Below, in pieces: positions 16,358 to 26,041 of a stretch of 32,000 bases of DNA; positions within the stretch are counted from its first letter, which is position 1, and each line of letters starts with the position of its first letter. The position numbers and the translations under genes were made by a program. Under the pieces are notes generated by a model. It saw nothing but the letters and a program-made list of their open reading frames with translations, did no database searches and was not told the DNA's origin. The stretch comes from Acholeplasma laidlawii PG-8A (GTDB lineage Bacteria > Bacillota_I > Bacilli_A > Acholeplasmatales > Acholeplasmataceae): positions 1,110,001 through 1,142,000 of the forward strand of contig NC_010163.1 in NCBI RefSeq assembly GCF_000018785.1, given 5' to 3'.

Positions 16358-17710
16358 TTATTTGATTTCTAATAATTTAGTTGAACTATTAGTTACTTCT
16401 AATACGAAGTCACCTTCAACCAAACCTAATTTATCTAAGAACTTAGACGCTTCATCTTTACTTAATACTGGGTATACACCAAAGTGAAGTGCTAACGCTC
16501 TAGCTTCTTTAGCATTTTTTACAACAGCAATGTTAATTGCTTGTGTATGGTATGCTGCAAATGATTTAGCTACATCAACGCCTGTTGTAATTACAACATC
16601 TACTTCATACTCTAATACTAATTTAGCTGCTGATTGAGCGATTGCATCAATATTAGAATCTCCCATGAAGTAACCATCTAAGAACACTTCATAGTCTAAT
16701 GTTGATTCAGCTTTTGCATCAATACTTGCCATTTTTTTAACTGATTCAATTGGGTAATCACCAGCTGCTGATTCACCACTTAACATTGTTGCAGAAGTTC
16801 CTTCTCTAACTGCGTTAAATACGTCAGATACTTCAGCTCTTGTTGGGCGTGGGTTTTTTTGCATAGATTCAAGCATTTGAGTAGCAACGATTACTACTTT
16901 ACCTAATTCTAAACATTTGTCGATCATTTCTGATTGGTACATTGGTACTAATTCACCTTCAACTTCGATACCTAAGTCTCCACGTGCAACCATGATACCA
17001 TCAACAACATCTAAAATGTCATCTAGGTTATCCATACCTTCTTGGTTTTCAATTTTAGCAATAATTTGAACGTCTTTACCACCGTTGTTATCCAAGATAT
17101 CACGAACAGCTTGAGCATCTTCGCCACGTCTTACAAAACTTGCAGCAACAAAGTCATAACCCATAGTTGCAGCAAATTTAATATCACTTGCATCTTTTTC
17201 GGAAATGAAAGGCATATTTAGAACAACACCTGGAATGTTTACACCACGTCTTGATTTTACTGTATGTGTGTTTAAAGCTTTAGTTACTAATTCATTATTT
17301 TTAGTATCTTTTTCAATCACTTCTAATGTTAGGTAACCATCATCAACAGAAACGAATTCTCCTACTTTCATATCGTCAAATAAACCTGGGTATGAAACAG
17401 AGAATCTTTCTTTGTTTCCTAATACTGGTGTAAATCCGATTCTAACGATTGAATTTTTTTGGATTTCTACTTTACCATCAAATTCGTGTGTACGAATTTC
17501 TGGTCCTTTAGTATCAAGTAAGTAAGCAACGTGTGTGCCTAACTCCTCGTTAATTGATTGAATCGTTTTTAAACGGTTCCCGTGTTCTTCATAGTCTCCG
17601 TGTGAAAAGTTAAAGCGTGCTACGTTCATACCAGCTTTAACAAGTTGTGTCATGACTGCTTTATCTTCTGATGCAGGTCCTAATGTACAAACAATTTTTG
17701 TTTTTCTCAT
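16358..17710 (-). CDS. pyk: Pyruvate kinase (lacking the long C-terminal PEP-utiliser domain)
   Basis: 'MRKTKIVCTLGPASED', 'ARGDLGIEVEGELVP', 'TQMLESMQKNPRPTRAEVSDV'. ATG at 17710 preferred over 17728. Confidence 0.96.
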   Translation of the reverse strand: MRKTKIVCTLGPASEDKAVMTQLVKAGMNVARFNFSHGDYEEHGNRLKTIQSINEELGTHVAYLLDTKGPEIRTHEFDGKVEIQKNSIVRIGFTPVLGNKERFSVSYPGLFDDMKVGEFVSVDDGYLTLEVIEKDTKNNELVTKALNTHTVKSRRGVNIPGVVLNMPFISEKDASDIKFAATMGYDFVAASFVRRGEDAQAVRDILDNNGGKDVQIIAKIENQEGMDNLDDILDVVDGIMVARGDLGIEVEGELVPMYQSEMIDKCLELGKVVIVATQMLESMQKNPRPTRAEVSDVFNAVREGTSATMLSGESAAGDYPIESVKKMASIDAKAESTLDYEVFLDGYFMGDSNIDAIAQSAAKLVLEYEVDVVITTGVDVAKSFAAYHTQAINIAVVKNAKEARALALHFGVYPVLSKDEASKFLDKLGLVEGDFVLEVTNSSTKLLEIK

Positions 17711-17745
17711 ATTTTTTTTACCTTTCATTTTTTCTTTTTTTGTAA

Positions 17746-18696
17746 TTATCTTAATTTCTTAATGAGATCATATAGCTCAACGCGTTCTTTTGGATGGTTG
17801 ATGATATCAGATAATGGTGATGTTACTAGTTTATCATCTTTTATACCAACACATTGTCCACTCACACCTTTGGCAAGCATTTCGACTGCAAATGCACCCA
17901 TACGTGATGCTAAGATACGGTCTTCAGCAATTGGTGTTCCACCTCTTTGGATATAACCAAGTACTGTTGCTCGTGAACTAAATCCAGATTTGATTGAGAT
18001 TTCAGCAGCAAGTTTATGCACATCAAATTGTTGTTCAGTGACAACAATGATGGCATGGCGTCTGCCTTCTTCATTATGTTTTTTTAATGTTGAAATTAAC
18101 TTATCTTTATTAATTGGGTTTTCTGGTGTAATAATGAACTCAGCACCACCACAGATACCTGCATATAATGCTAAATCACCTGATGTTCTACCCATAACTT
18201 CAATAATACTACAACGTCTATGTGACGATGATGTATCTCTTAGTTTATCTATTGCTTCTACAATTGTATTTAATGCAGTATGGAATCCGATTGTATAATC
18301 TGTTCCATAAACGTCATTATCAATTGTTCCAGGAATAGCTATGGTTTGGAATTCTAGTTCATGGAGTGCTTGAGCACCTCTGTAACTACCATCACCACCA
18401 ATAACGATTAAAGCATCAATACCACGATTACGTAGATTATCGATTGCTACCATTTGAACTGGTACTTCTTTAAACTCAGATACTCTTGCAGTACCCAGTT
18501 TTGTACCACCAATGCTTAACATACCTGAAACATCTTTGGCAGCTAGCGGTATAAAACGATCTTCTAAAAGACCTCTATAACCATCCATAATACCAAACAT
18601 CTCATGACCTTCTGCAATACCTGTACGCACAATTGCACGAATTGCTGCGTTCATTCCAGGTGCATCGCCGCCAGAAGTTAAAACTGCTATTTTCAT
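17746..18696 (-). CDS. pfkA: ATP-type 6-phosphofructokinase
   Basis: 'IAVLTSGGDAPGMNAAIR', 'GGDGSYRGAQAL', 'PGTIDNDVYGTDYTIGF'. Confidence 0.96.
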   Translation of the reverse strand: MKIAVLTSGGDAPGMNAAIRAIVRTGIAEGHEMFGIMDGYRGLLEDRFIPLAAKDVSGMLSIGGTKLGTARVSEFKEVPVQMVAIDNLRNRGIDALIVIGGDGSYRGAQALHELEFQTIAIPGTIDNDVYGTDYTIGFHTALNTIVEAIDKLRDTSSSHRRCSIIEVMGRTSGDLALYAGICGGAEFIITPENPINKDKLISTLKKHNEEGRRHAIIVVTEQQFDVHKLAAEISIKSGFSSRATVLGYIQRGGTPIAEDRILASRMGAFAVEMLAKGVSGQCVGIKDDKLVTSPLSDIINHPKERVELYDLIKKLR

Positions 18697-18969
18697 ATGT
18701 CATACCTCCTTATACGCCGTTACATATTATATCATGTTTTGTGCAAGAAATTGTGCAAAATCATGAATATTTCTTCCAATGAATAAATTATTCTAAATTA
18801 AGGGAAAACTCATGGTCGTTTTACAACAATTTACATGAATTGAACACTTTCTTATGACAAATGTTGTAATAATTGAACATTTAACGCTTAAGTGTTTGCA
18901 ATAAAGGGTATTCTTTGATAAACTTATTAGTGGAAATTTACTAATAAATAATAAAAAGGACGGTATACT

Positions 18970-20214
18970 ATGAAAAAATTAGTTGGTGCTGCACTCTTAG
19001 GACAATCTGGAGGTCCAACCTCAGTGATTAACGCCTCAGCAGCAGGTGTATTTTTAGAGAGTTTAAAGCATGATGAGATTACAGAAATCTATGGTGCTCA
19101 ACACGGTATCAAAGGTATCTTAGATGAAAACTTCTATGATATTAGAAAAGAAGATGTTGAAGAATTAGAAAGATTAAAGTATACTCCATCATCTGCAATT
19201 GGTTCAGTAAGATACAAATTAAAAGATTACAAAAAAGATCCAACAGACTATAATAAATTATTAGAAATCTTTAAAAAATATAACATTCGTTATTTCTTCT
19301 ACAATGGTGGAAATGACTCAATGGATACATGTTTAAAAATTTCTAAATTTATGAAAACAGCTGGTTGGGAAATGCGCGTTGTTGGGGTACCTAAAACAAT
19401 CGATAACGACTTAGCAGGTATCGACCATTCACCTGGATATGGTTCAGCAGCTAAATACGTTGCAACTTCTATCATGGAATTATACTTAGATGCTACAGTT
19501 TATAACACACAACAATTCATTATTGTTGAAGTAATGGGTAGAAATGCTGGTTGGTTAACTGCTGCTGCTGCACTTGCTTCAGTTGGTGGTGTTAAACCAG
19601 ACTTAATGTATTTACCAGAAACTCCATTTGATATGGACAAATTCTACAACCAAGTAGGTGAATTACTAAAAACTGGTAAATCAGTATTTGTAGTTGTATC
19701 AGAAGGTATTAAAACTGCTGAAGGTAAATACATCCCTGAATATGAAACAGAAATCGCTCGTGATGCATTCGGACATGCGAACTTAGGTGGTACTGCAAGT
19801 GTACTTGCAAACCACGTAGGTGAAAAATTCGGTGTTAAGACTCGTGCTATCGAATTCTCATTATTACAAAGATCAGCTGCTCACATTGCATCTCAAACAG
19901 ATATCAATGAAGCATTCAAAGTTGGACAAATTGCTGTTAAAAAAGCAATCAATGGTACAACAAACAAATTTGTAGGTATCCAAAGAGTTCCTGGGGATAA
20001 ATACAAAGTGAAGTATCCTCTACTTCCATTAAAGATTGTTGCTAACGCAGAACGTAAAGTACCATTAGAGTGGATCTTACCTGATGGACAAGGTTTAACT
20101 CAAGACTTTATTGATTATGCATTACCATTAATCCAAGGTGAAACTAAATTAGAAAAAGTAAACGGGTTACCTCGTTTTGCTAAATTAAATAAAGTTTTAG
20201 CACCTAAAAAATAA
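18970..20214 (+). CDS. pfp: Pyrophosphate-dependent phosphofructokinase-type enzyme
   Basis: 'LGQSGGPTSVINAS', 'NGGNDSMDTC' and 'GVPKTIDNDLAGIDHSPGYGSAAKY': Asp and Lys at the two positions occupied by Gly in ATP enzymes. Confidence 0.9.
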   Translation: MKKLVGAALLGQSGGPTSVINASAAGVFLESLKHDEITEIYGAQHGIKGILDENFYDIRKEDVEELERLKYTPSSAIGSVRYKLKDYKKDPTDYNKLLEIFKKYNIRYFFYNGGNDSMDTCLKISKFMKTAGWEMRVVGVPKTIDNDLAGIDHSPGYGSAAKYVATSIMELYLDATVYNTQQFIIVEVMGRNAGWLTAAAALASVGGVKPDLMYLPETPFDMDKFYNQVGELLKTGKSVFVVVSEGIKTAEGKYIPEYETEIARDAFGHANLGGTASVLANHVGEKFGVKTRAIEFSLLQRSAAHIASQTDINEAFKVGQIAVKKAINGTTNKFVGIQRVPGDKYKVKYPLLPLKIVANAERKVPLEWILPDGQGLTQDFIDYALPLIQGETKLEKVNGLPRFAKLNKVLAPKK

Positions 20215-20227
20215 GTTCTAAATTGTA

Positions 20228-20264
20228 GAAGCCTAACCAATTTCGGTTAGGCTTCTTTCTTTTT
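20228..20264 (+). terminator. Intrinsic terminator of pfp
   Basis: GAAGCCTAACC/GGTTAGGCTTC perfect 11-bp stem, 6-nt loop, T-rich tail. Confidence 0.85.
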
Positions 20265-20334
20265 AAACGCTTCTAAAGTCTTTTCATCTTATATTTGATA
20301 CAATATATATAACAATAAAGGAGCCAACTTACTT

Positions 20335-21672
20335 ATGATGCATGAACACTTAACATCTATTTATAATGAATTACAGACTAAATATAGTTATCAAAAAGAG
20401 TATCTTCAATCTGTATATGAATTCTTTGAATCTATTTCAGAGGTTATTGAAGAAGATCCTAGAATCATTGAAACAAATATTATACGTAACATTGTAGAAC
20501 CAGATCGTATTATCACCTTTAAAGTTCCTTGGGAAGATGATAAAGGTGCTAGACATGTAAATACAGGTTACCGAGTACAGTTTAACCAAGCACTAGGTCC
20601 ATATAAAGGTGGTATTAGATTTACACCTAAAGTCAATGAATCCATACTAAAATTTTTAGGATTTGAACAAACCTTTAAAAACAGTTTAACAGGTATACCT
20701 TTAGGCGGGGCTAAAGGTGGCGCTGATTTTGATCCAAAACATAAAAGTGACCAAGAGATCCTAAGATTTTGTAGATCTTATATGATGGAACTACATAAGT
20801 TTTTAGGTCCCAACATGGATATTCCAGCAGGAGACCTAGGGGTTTCACAAAAAACAGTCGGTTATATGTTTGGGATGTATAAACGCTTAACTCAAAGACA
20901 TGAAGGCGTATTTACTGGTAAGGGCACTAAATATGGTGGTTCCTTAGCTAGAACTGAAGCTACAGGTTACGGTATTATTTATATGGTACTTGCTGCTTTA
21001 AAAACTTACTTTCAAACAGATTTAAAAGACAAAATAGTTATTATATCCGGTAGTGGTAATGTTGCCATACATACAGGGTATAAGGCTCAAGCAATGGGTG
21101 CTAAAGTGGTTGCTATGTCTTCTATTGATGGTGTGATACACCATGAAACTGGTATTGACGTGTCTTACTTAGAATATATTAAAGATAATAATTTATCAAT
21201 TAAAGATTATACTTTACGTTATCCTTCGGCAATTTTCGCAGAAAATCCTAAACGCATTTGGGAAATTAACTGTGATATTGCACTACCTTGTGCAACCGAA
21301 AATGAATTAGATTTAGAGGAAGCTAAAAAGTTAGTAGATAATGGCATTATGTTACTTGCAGAGGGTGCGAATATGCCAACTACTTTAGATGCTACACACT
21401 ATTTTCTTGATAACAACATTCTATTCATTCCAGGTAAGGCATGTAATGCAGGTGGTGTATCGGTCAGTGGACTAGAGATGCAACAAAATGCATTACATAC
21501 TTATTGGGATTTTGATACAGTTGATCAAAAACTACAAACTATCATGAATCGTATTTTCGAAGATATGTATGAAACTGCTAGAAGTTATGGCGATGATAAA
21601 AATTTAGTTAAGGGTGCAAATATTTTATCCTTTAAACGAGTTTATCAAGCTATGCTTGAACAAGGTCTATAA
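20335..21672 (+). CDS. gdhA: NADP-specific glutamate dehydrogenase
   Basis: 'GPYKGGIRFTPKVNESILKFLGFEQTFKNSLTGIPLGGAKGGADFDPKHKSD'. ATG at 20338 possible. Confidence 0.95.
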   Translation: MMHEHLTSIYNELQTKYSYQKEYLQSVYEFFESISEVIEEDPRIIETNIIRNIVEPDRIITFKVPWEDDKGARHVNTGYRVQFNQALGPYKGGIRFTPKVNESILKFLGFEQTFKNSLTGIPLGGAKGGADFDPKHKSDQEILRFCRSYMMELHKFLGPNMDIPAGDLGVSQKTVGYMFGMYKRLTQRHEGVFTGKGTKYGGSLARTEATGYGIIYMVLAALKTYFQTDLKDKIVIISGSGNVAIHTGYKAQAMGAKVVAMSSIDGVIHHETGIDVSYLEYIKDNNLSIKDYTLRYPSAIFAENPKRIWEINCDIALPCATENELDLEEAKKLVDNGIMLLAEGANMPTTLDATHYFLDNNILFIPGKACNAGGVSVSGLEMQQNALHTYWDFDTVDQKLQTIMNRIFEDMYETARSYGDDKNLVKGANILSFKRVYQAMLEQGL

Positions 21673-21676
21673 AAAG

Positions 21677-21719
21677 AAGCATAATCTTATGATACTCGTA
21701 ACTTAAGATTATGCTTTTT
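21677..21719 (+). terminator. Intrinsic terminator of gdhA
   Basis: AAGCATAATCTTA/TAAGATTATGCTT perfect 13-bp arms, T tail. Confidence 0.85.
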
Positions 21720-21764
21720 ATGTTATAATTTTTATTAACAAATGAAAATGAATGAGGCTTAACT

Positions 21765-23216
21765 TTGAAAGAAAAAATTGAACAACAATTAGGTGGACGT
21801 ATATTCCCGGTCTTAATGATAGGTATATCATTTATGATTTGGTCTTACAGATATTTTGTACCTACAGAACACTTGATGGTGATCTCATTTTTTAGTTTAT
21901 TCTTATTAAGCATACCGTTTTTTCTAATATCCTTTTTCTATAAGAACACAATTTATACCTTACCAATTATATTTGGTTTGGTATTTTCTTTAGGTATACA
22001 TAATATGAATTTGGACACTTTTGATTTGGCACTTATCGGATTTTTAAATATTGGTTTAATCATTATTGGTATGATCGTTCATGTCATTAAGTTTAGACCA
22101 CAGTTTAAACTAAAAACTTTAGGTGCTTCTATGATTATCGTATCTATTAGTTTTATCTTACCTGAGTTTGCAAAACCATTTGTACCTGTAGGTATGATGT
22201 TATCCTTATTAGGTGTCTTATATTTAATTATATATCTATATTACGCCAATACCATAGTTGGTAATCAATTACACTATTTAATGCGTATCTTCATGTTAAC
22301 GGGTCTTATGTTAACATTCCAGTTAATCTTAATGTGGTATGACGGATTTCTAGCTTGGGAAGGTACAGACTTTTTACTAGATTTCATGAGCATGTTTAAT
22401 CTAGGTACAGGTAGTGTACCTGGTTGGGGTAATATAAATGATTTAACTATCCATGTAGTTCTCTTCTCTGCAAGTGTTATTTATTACTTATATAAATACC
22501 CAACAAAACTATTCCCTTGGTTATACTTAGCATTTTCTGCCTTTTGGATTTATGTATCCAATGCCAGAGGTTCCATGGTCACTGTTTCAGTCCTAGGGTT
22601 GGGTGCAGTTGTTTACGCAGTATTCAAACGTAATAAAAGACAACTTATAAACTTAATTATTACTGCAATTATTGGTGGTATAGTCATTCTAGTGTTTTTA
22701 CCCACTGTACAACAAATATGGGACTCATTCTTTAATACAATTGATTTTGATAATCCAGACTCCATGTTAAGTGGTAGACTCACCCTTTGGTTCTATCATG
22801 AAGACTCTGCTTGGTTATCCTTCCTAAAACATCCAGTTGTTGGCACTGGTTGGTATAATCAAATATGGATATTAGGTGAAGCTGAAAACCGTATTACGAT
22901 TTACCACTCAACATTTTTCCAAGTGCTTGCAACTGGTGGTGTAGTAGGTATTGGAGCACTCATTTATCAATTCGTATGTATTGGTCGTATCTTTATTAAA
23001 AATATACGATTTAAAGCCGTTTCAGCATTCTTACTAACCTATGTATTAAGTCAACTTCATGGCTTGCTTGATAATACTCAGTACATGATTCACTTTTCTG
23101 TGATCACTTATATTACCTTTGCCGTATTTGACAATTTAGGTAGTGAAGATGACTTCGTACCTAAGGAACTTCAAGTTTCAAAAACACCTCATGATCCAAA
23201 CATAAAAACCGTGTAG
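21765..23216 (+). CDS. O-antigen ligase/polymerase-like multi-pass membrane protein
   Basis: TTG start with GAGG RBS; about 12 hydrophobic segments; 'MLSGRLTLWFYHEDSAWLSFLKHPVVGTGWYNQ...STFFQVLATGGVVGIGALIY' resembles the Wzy_C/O-antigen ligase pattern. Confidence 0.75.
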   Translation: MKEKIEQQLGGRIFPVLMIGISFMIWSYRYFVPTEHLMVISFFSLFLLSIPFFLISFFYKNTIYTLPIIFGLVFSLGIHNMNLDTFDLALIGFLNIGLIIIGMIVHVIKFRPQFKLKTLGASMIIVSISFILPEFAKPFVPVGMMLSLLGVLYLIIYLYYANTIVGNQLHYLMRIFMLTGLMLTFQLILMWYDGFLAWEGTDFLLDFMSMFNLGTGSVPGWGNINDLTIHVVLFSASVIYYLYKYPTKLFPWLYLAFSAFWIYVSNARGSMVTVSVLGLGAVVYAVFKRNKRQLINLIITAIIGGIVILVFLPTVQQIWDSFFNTIDFDNPDSMLSGRLTLWFYHEDSAWLSFLKHPVVGTGWYNQIWILGEAENRITIYHSTFFQVLATGGVVGIGALIYQFVCIGRIFIKNIRFKAVSAFLLTYVLSQLHGLLDNTQYMIHFSVITYITFAVFDNLGSEDDFVPKELQVSKTPHDPNIKTV

Positions 23217-23239
23217 ACTCAATGTGTCTACACGGTTTT
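23205..23239. terminator. Bidirectional intrinsic terminator between convergent genes
   Basis: AAAACCGTGTAGAC/GTCTACACGGTTTT, perfect 14-bp arms, A/T runs on both sides. Confidence 0.85.
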
Positions 23240-23241
23240 AT

Positions 23242-24348
23242 TTATCTTAAGGATTCAAATGTTATAAATTCTTTATGAAAACTTTCTGCTACATCTTTTT
23301 GAGTGATGTATCCTTTATAGGTATTGAGTCCTTCATTGATCGAAGGATTTTCTTCTACTGATTTTTCTAAACCCTTATTTGCAATCTCTAGTCCAAACTT
23401 TAAAGTTGCATCATTAAGTGCAATCGTTGCTGTTCTAGGTACAATACCTGGCATGTTAGCTACACAATAATGTGTAATACCAGAAACTTTAAAGACTGGT
23501 TCTGAGTGTGTAGTTGGTCTACTTACTTCAGTTGATCCACCTTGATCGATTGCGATATCGACAATCACAGTACCTTTTTTCATATCTTTATAATATGCTT
23601 TTTTAATGAGTTTTGGTGCCTTCTTACCAGGTAATAGGACACTTGAAATCACTAAATCTGCATCTTTTAATGAAGCAATAATATTTGCTTCATTAGATAT
23701 GAGTGTTGTTAATTTAGGATAGATTTGTTTTAAATCGTCTAATCTTTTCTCATTAATATCTAGAATCGTGACATCACTGCCTAATCCGTAAGCATTTTGA
23801 AGTGCTGCACTACCTGCAACACCGGCACCAATAATAGTAACTTTTGCAGGGTTGACACCTGTTACACCAGAAATTAATAACCCATTTCCACCATTGTTTT
23901 TATATAAGAATCTAGCGCCTTCTAAAACAGATAGTCTACCTGCAACCTCACTCATAGGTTTTAATAAAGGTAGCCCTGTTTCATCACGTACAGTTTCATA
24001 AGCGATGGATGATACGCGTTTCTTTAACAATGTTTTTAATAAGGGTTCATCTGCCGCTAAGTGCAGATATGTAAATAGAATTTGACCGGTTCTAATGAGT
24101 GGATACTCACTACGAACTGGCTCTTTAACTTTAATAATCATTTTTGACTTATGCCAAACTTCTTTTGCACTGTCTATAATGACAGCGCCTCTTTTTTTAT
24201 ATGCTGCATCGCTAAACCCTGAGGTTTTGCCTGCACCACTTTCTACCAAGACTGTGTGTCCTGCTTTTACATAAGCTCTAACAGCATCCGGTGTTAACCC
24301 AACTCTATCTTCACTCTCTTTTACTTCTCTAACTAATCCAATAATCAT
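23242..24348 (-). CDS. ald: Alanine dehydrogenase
   Basis: 'MIIGLVREVKESEDRVGLTPDAV', 'VTIIGAGVAGSAALQNAYGLGSDVTILDIN'. Confidence 0.94.
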   Translation of the reverse strand: MIIGLVREVKESEDRVGLTPDAVRAYVKAGHTVLVESGAGKTSGFSDAAYKKRGAVIIDSAKEVWHKSKMIIKVKEPVRSEYPLIRTGQILFTYLHLAADEPLLKTLLKKRVSSIAYETVRDETGLPLLKPMSEVAGRLSVLEGARFLYKNNGGNGLLISGVTGVNPAKVTIIGAGVAGSAALQNAYGLGSDVTILDINEKRLDDLKQIYPKLTTLISNEANIIASLKDADLVISSVLLPGKKAPKLIKKAYYKDMKKGTVIVDIAIDQGGSTEVSRPTTHSEPVFKVSGITHYCVANMPGIVPRTATIALNDATLKFGLEIANKGLEKSVEENPSINEGLNTYKGYITQKDVAESFHKEFITFESLR

Positions 24349-24368
24349 GTGTTTTACTCCTTTATAAT

Positions 24369-25367
24369 TTATTTGGAAATAAGACCCCTGGCTCTTGTAT
24401 ATTGTTTCGGTAATAATTGATCGTCTAATTGAAATATAAAATATGGTTCTTTTAATAATTTACGGCCAAAATACGCCATATCCATTGTGCCATCTAAAAT
24501 AGCGGCTTCTGCCAGTAGCGGATCATCAATTTGTCCACCGCCTATCGTTACTAGGCCAGTTTCCTCTTTAATAATCTTTGCATAAGGCAGTTGGTATCCC
24601 GGATAATCTTTTACAGGTGTAGGTAGAATACCTCCACTTGATACGTTTACGATATCAATTTTATCTTTAAATGTATTTAAAATACTTGCCCAATCATAAG
24701 GTGTCATCCCTAGATCGTGATACTCGTATCCTGATACTCTAATTTGAAGAATTTTTTCTTTTGGAAAATAAAGTAATACTTCATCAATAATTTCTTTTAA
24801 GAATAAAGTACCATCTTTATATTTATCTGTTCTTTGATTTGTAACATCAGATATAAATTGTGCAATTAAATACCCATGTGCACCGTGAAGCTCAATACTA
24901 TCAAAACCTGCCTCATTGGCACGACGTGCTGCTTGGCCAAATGCTTTAACAATTTCTTTAATACCCTCTTCATCCAACATCTTAGGGGTCAAATTCTTAT
25001 CTGAAAAAGGTACATCTGTACTAGATACAATATTGTCGGTGCGAGATTTTCTACCTGCATGAGAGATTTGAACACCAATTTTTGCACCATACTTGTGTAC
25101 TGCATCTACGATTTTCTTTAGTGGTGCTACATGTTTATCATCCCATAAACCTAAATCTTCATAACTAATACGTCCATTTGGTAATACTGCAGTAGATTCA
25201 AGCATAATATAACCTACACCACCGATTGCTCTTGTGACATAATGTACATAGTGAAAATCAGTTGCTACTCCATCTTGTTTTTCTACAGAATACATACACA
25301 TAGGGCTCATCATCACACGGTTTTTAAACTCTGTATCTTTAACCTTAATTGGTTCTAATAGTTTCAT
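24369..25367 (-). CDS. namA: NADPH dehydrogenase, Old Yellow Enzyme family (NamA/YqjM-like)
   Basis: 'FKNRVMMSPMCMYS', 'GVQISHAGRKS', 'FDSIELHGAHGYLIAQFISD', 'MAYFGRKLLKEPYF'. Confidence 0.92.
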   Translation of the reverse strand: MKLLEPIKVKDTEFKNRVMMSPMCMYSVEKQDGVATDFHYVHYVTRAIGGVGYIMLESTAVLPNGRISYEDLGLWDDKHVAPLKKIVDAVHKYGAKIGVQISHAGRKSRTDNIVSSTDVPFSDKNLTPKMLDEEGIKEIVKAFGQAARRANEAGFDSIELHGAHGYLIAQFISDVTNQRTDKYKDGTLFLKEIIDEVLLYFPKEKILQIRVSGYEYHDLGMTPYDWASILNTFKDKIDIVNVSSGGILPTPVKDYPGYQLPYAKIIKEETGLVTIGGGQIDDPLLAEAAILDGTMDMAYFGRKLLKEPYFIFQLDDQLLPKQYTRARGLISK

Positions 25368-25454
25368 ATGTAACCTCCACTTACTTCTATTTTAACATGC
25401 GCTATATCATTAGATTACCCAAATCACTTAAAAATCAATCCCGTAGTAATTGAA

Positions 25455-25477
25455 ATCCACCGTCATTAACGGTGGAT
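25455..25477. promoter_or_regulatory. Hairpin in a structured intergenic region
   Basis: ATCCACCGT/ACGGTGGAT perfect 9-bp stem, 5-nt loop. Confidence 0.7.
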
Positions 25478-25600
25478 GGATTGTTTATTTTAATTCATTT
25501 TAAGAAGGAGTATGTACGTAGTCTTAGTTTATCGGAACTAAGGTAGAAACTTAACTACCGAATATTAGTTAATTATACGGTACATAAGATACATGTTGAA

Positions 25601-25629
25601 ATTATAACCTATTCACATAAAATTGTAAA
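25601..25629 (-). promoter_or_regulatory. Sigma-A-type promoter TTTACA-N17-TATAAT
   Basis: Minus strand TTTACA ATTTTATGTGAATAGGT TATAAT, ~235 bp upstream of the namA start. Confidence 0.6.
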
Positions 25630-25675
25630 GCCTAATGTTTTACAATAATTTAGATTATCAAAACTTCACATAATC

Positions 25676-26041
25676 TTATTCTTGACAGTTTTTACATATA
25701 CCGTAAAGATTTAAATCATGATGTTGAACTTCAAATCCGTAAGTAATTTTAATTTCTTCTATCAAACTATCGATATGACAATCAAACTCATATTTCTTAT
25801 GACAATTCTCACACACCATGAAATGGTGGTGTTCAGCTTCATTTAAATAGTAATACGCTGTATTGTCTAAGTAATTTCTAGAAACCAGTGCATCTTGATG
25901 AAATATTTCTAAGGTTCTATAAATGGTAGACAAATTAAGTTTTTCTCCACCGAGTGCGTTATATATGTCATCAGCACTTTGAGGCTTTTTAGCTCTTTTT
26001 AAAGTATCATAGACCATTTGCCTTTTAGTTGTTAGCTTCAT
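25676..26041 (-). CDS. Fur-family metalloregulator (candidate Zur)
   Basis: 'TTKRQMVYDTLKRAKKPQSADDIYNALG..LSTIYRTLEIF', 'HHFMVCENCHKKYEFDC', C-terminal 'CKNC'. Confidence 0.9.
   Translation of the reverse strand: MKLTTKRQMVYDTLKRAKKPQSADDIYNALGGEKLNLSTIYRTLEIFHQDALVSRNYLDNTAYYYLNEAEHHHFMVCENCHKKYEFDCHIDSLIEEIKITYGFEVQHHDLNLYGICKNCQE

Noticed and set aside
16203-16487. 94-aa plus-strand ORF overlapping the pyk 3' end and terminator
   Set aside because: Runs through the pyk terminator and the pyk C-terminus in antisense; no homology signal recognised.
17762-18298. Plus-strand ORFs within pfkA
   Set aside because: Antisense to a highly conserved gene.
25441-25480. Resemblance of 'GTAGTAATTGAAATCCACCG...CGGTGGAT' to IS605/TnpB right ends (omega-RNA 3' hairpin)
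   Set aside because: Only about 20 nt of loose similarity recalled from memory. No tnpB or tnpA remnant in any frame, and a promoter/leader explanation fits the neighbouring hairpins. Would need an ISfinder or omega-RNA covariance search.
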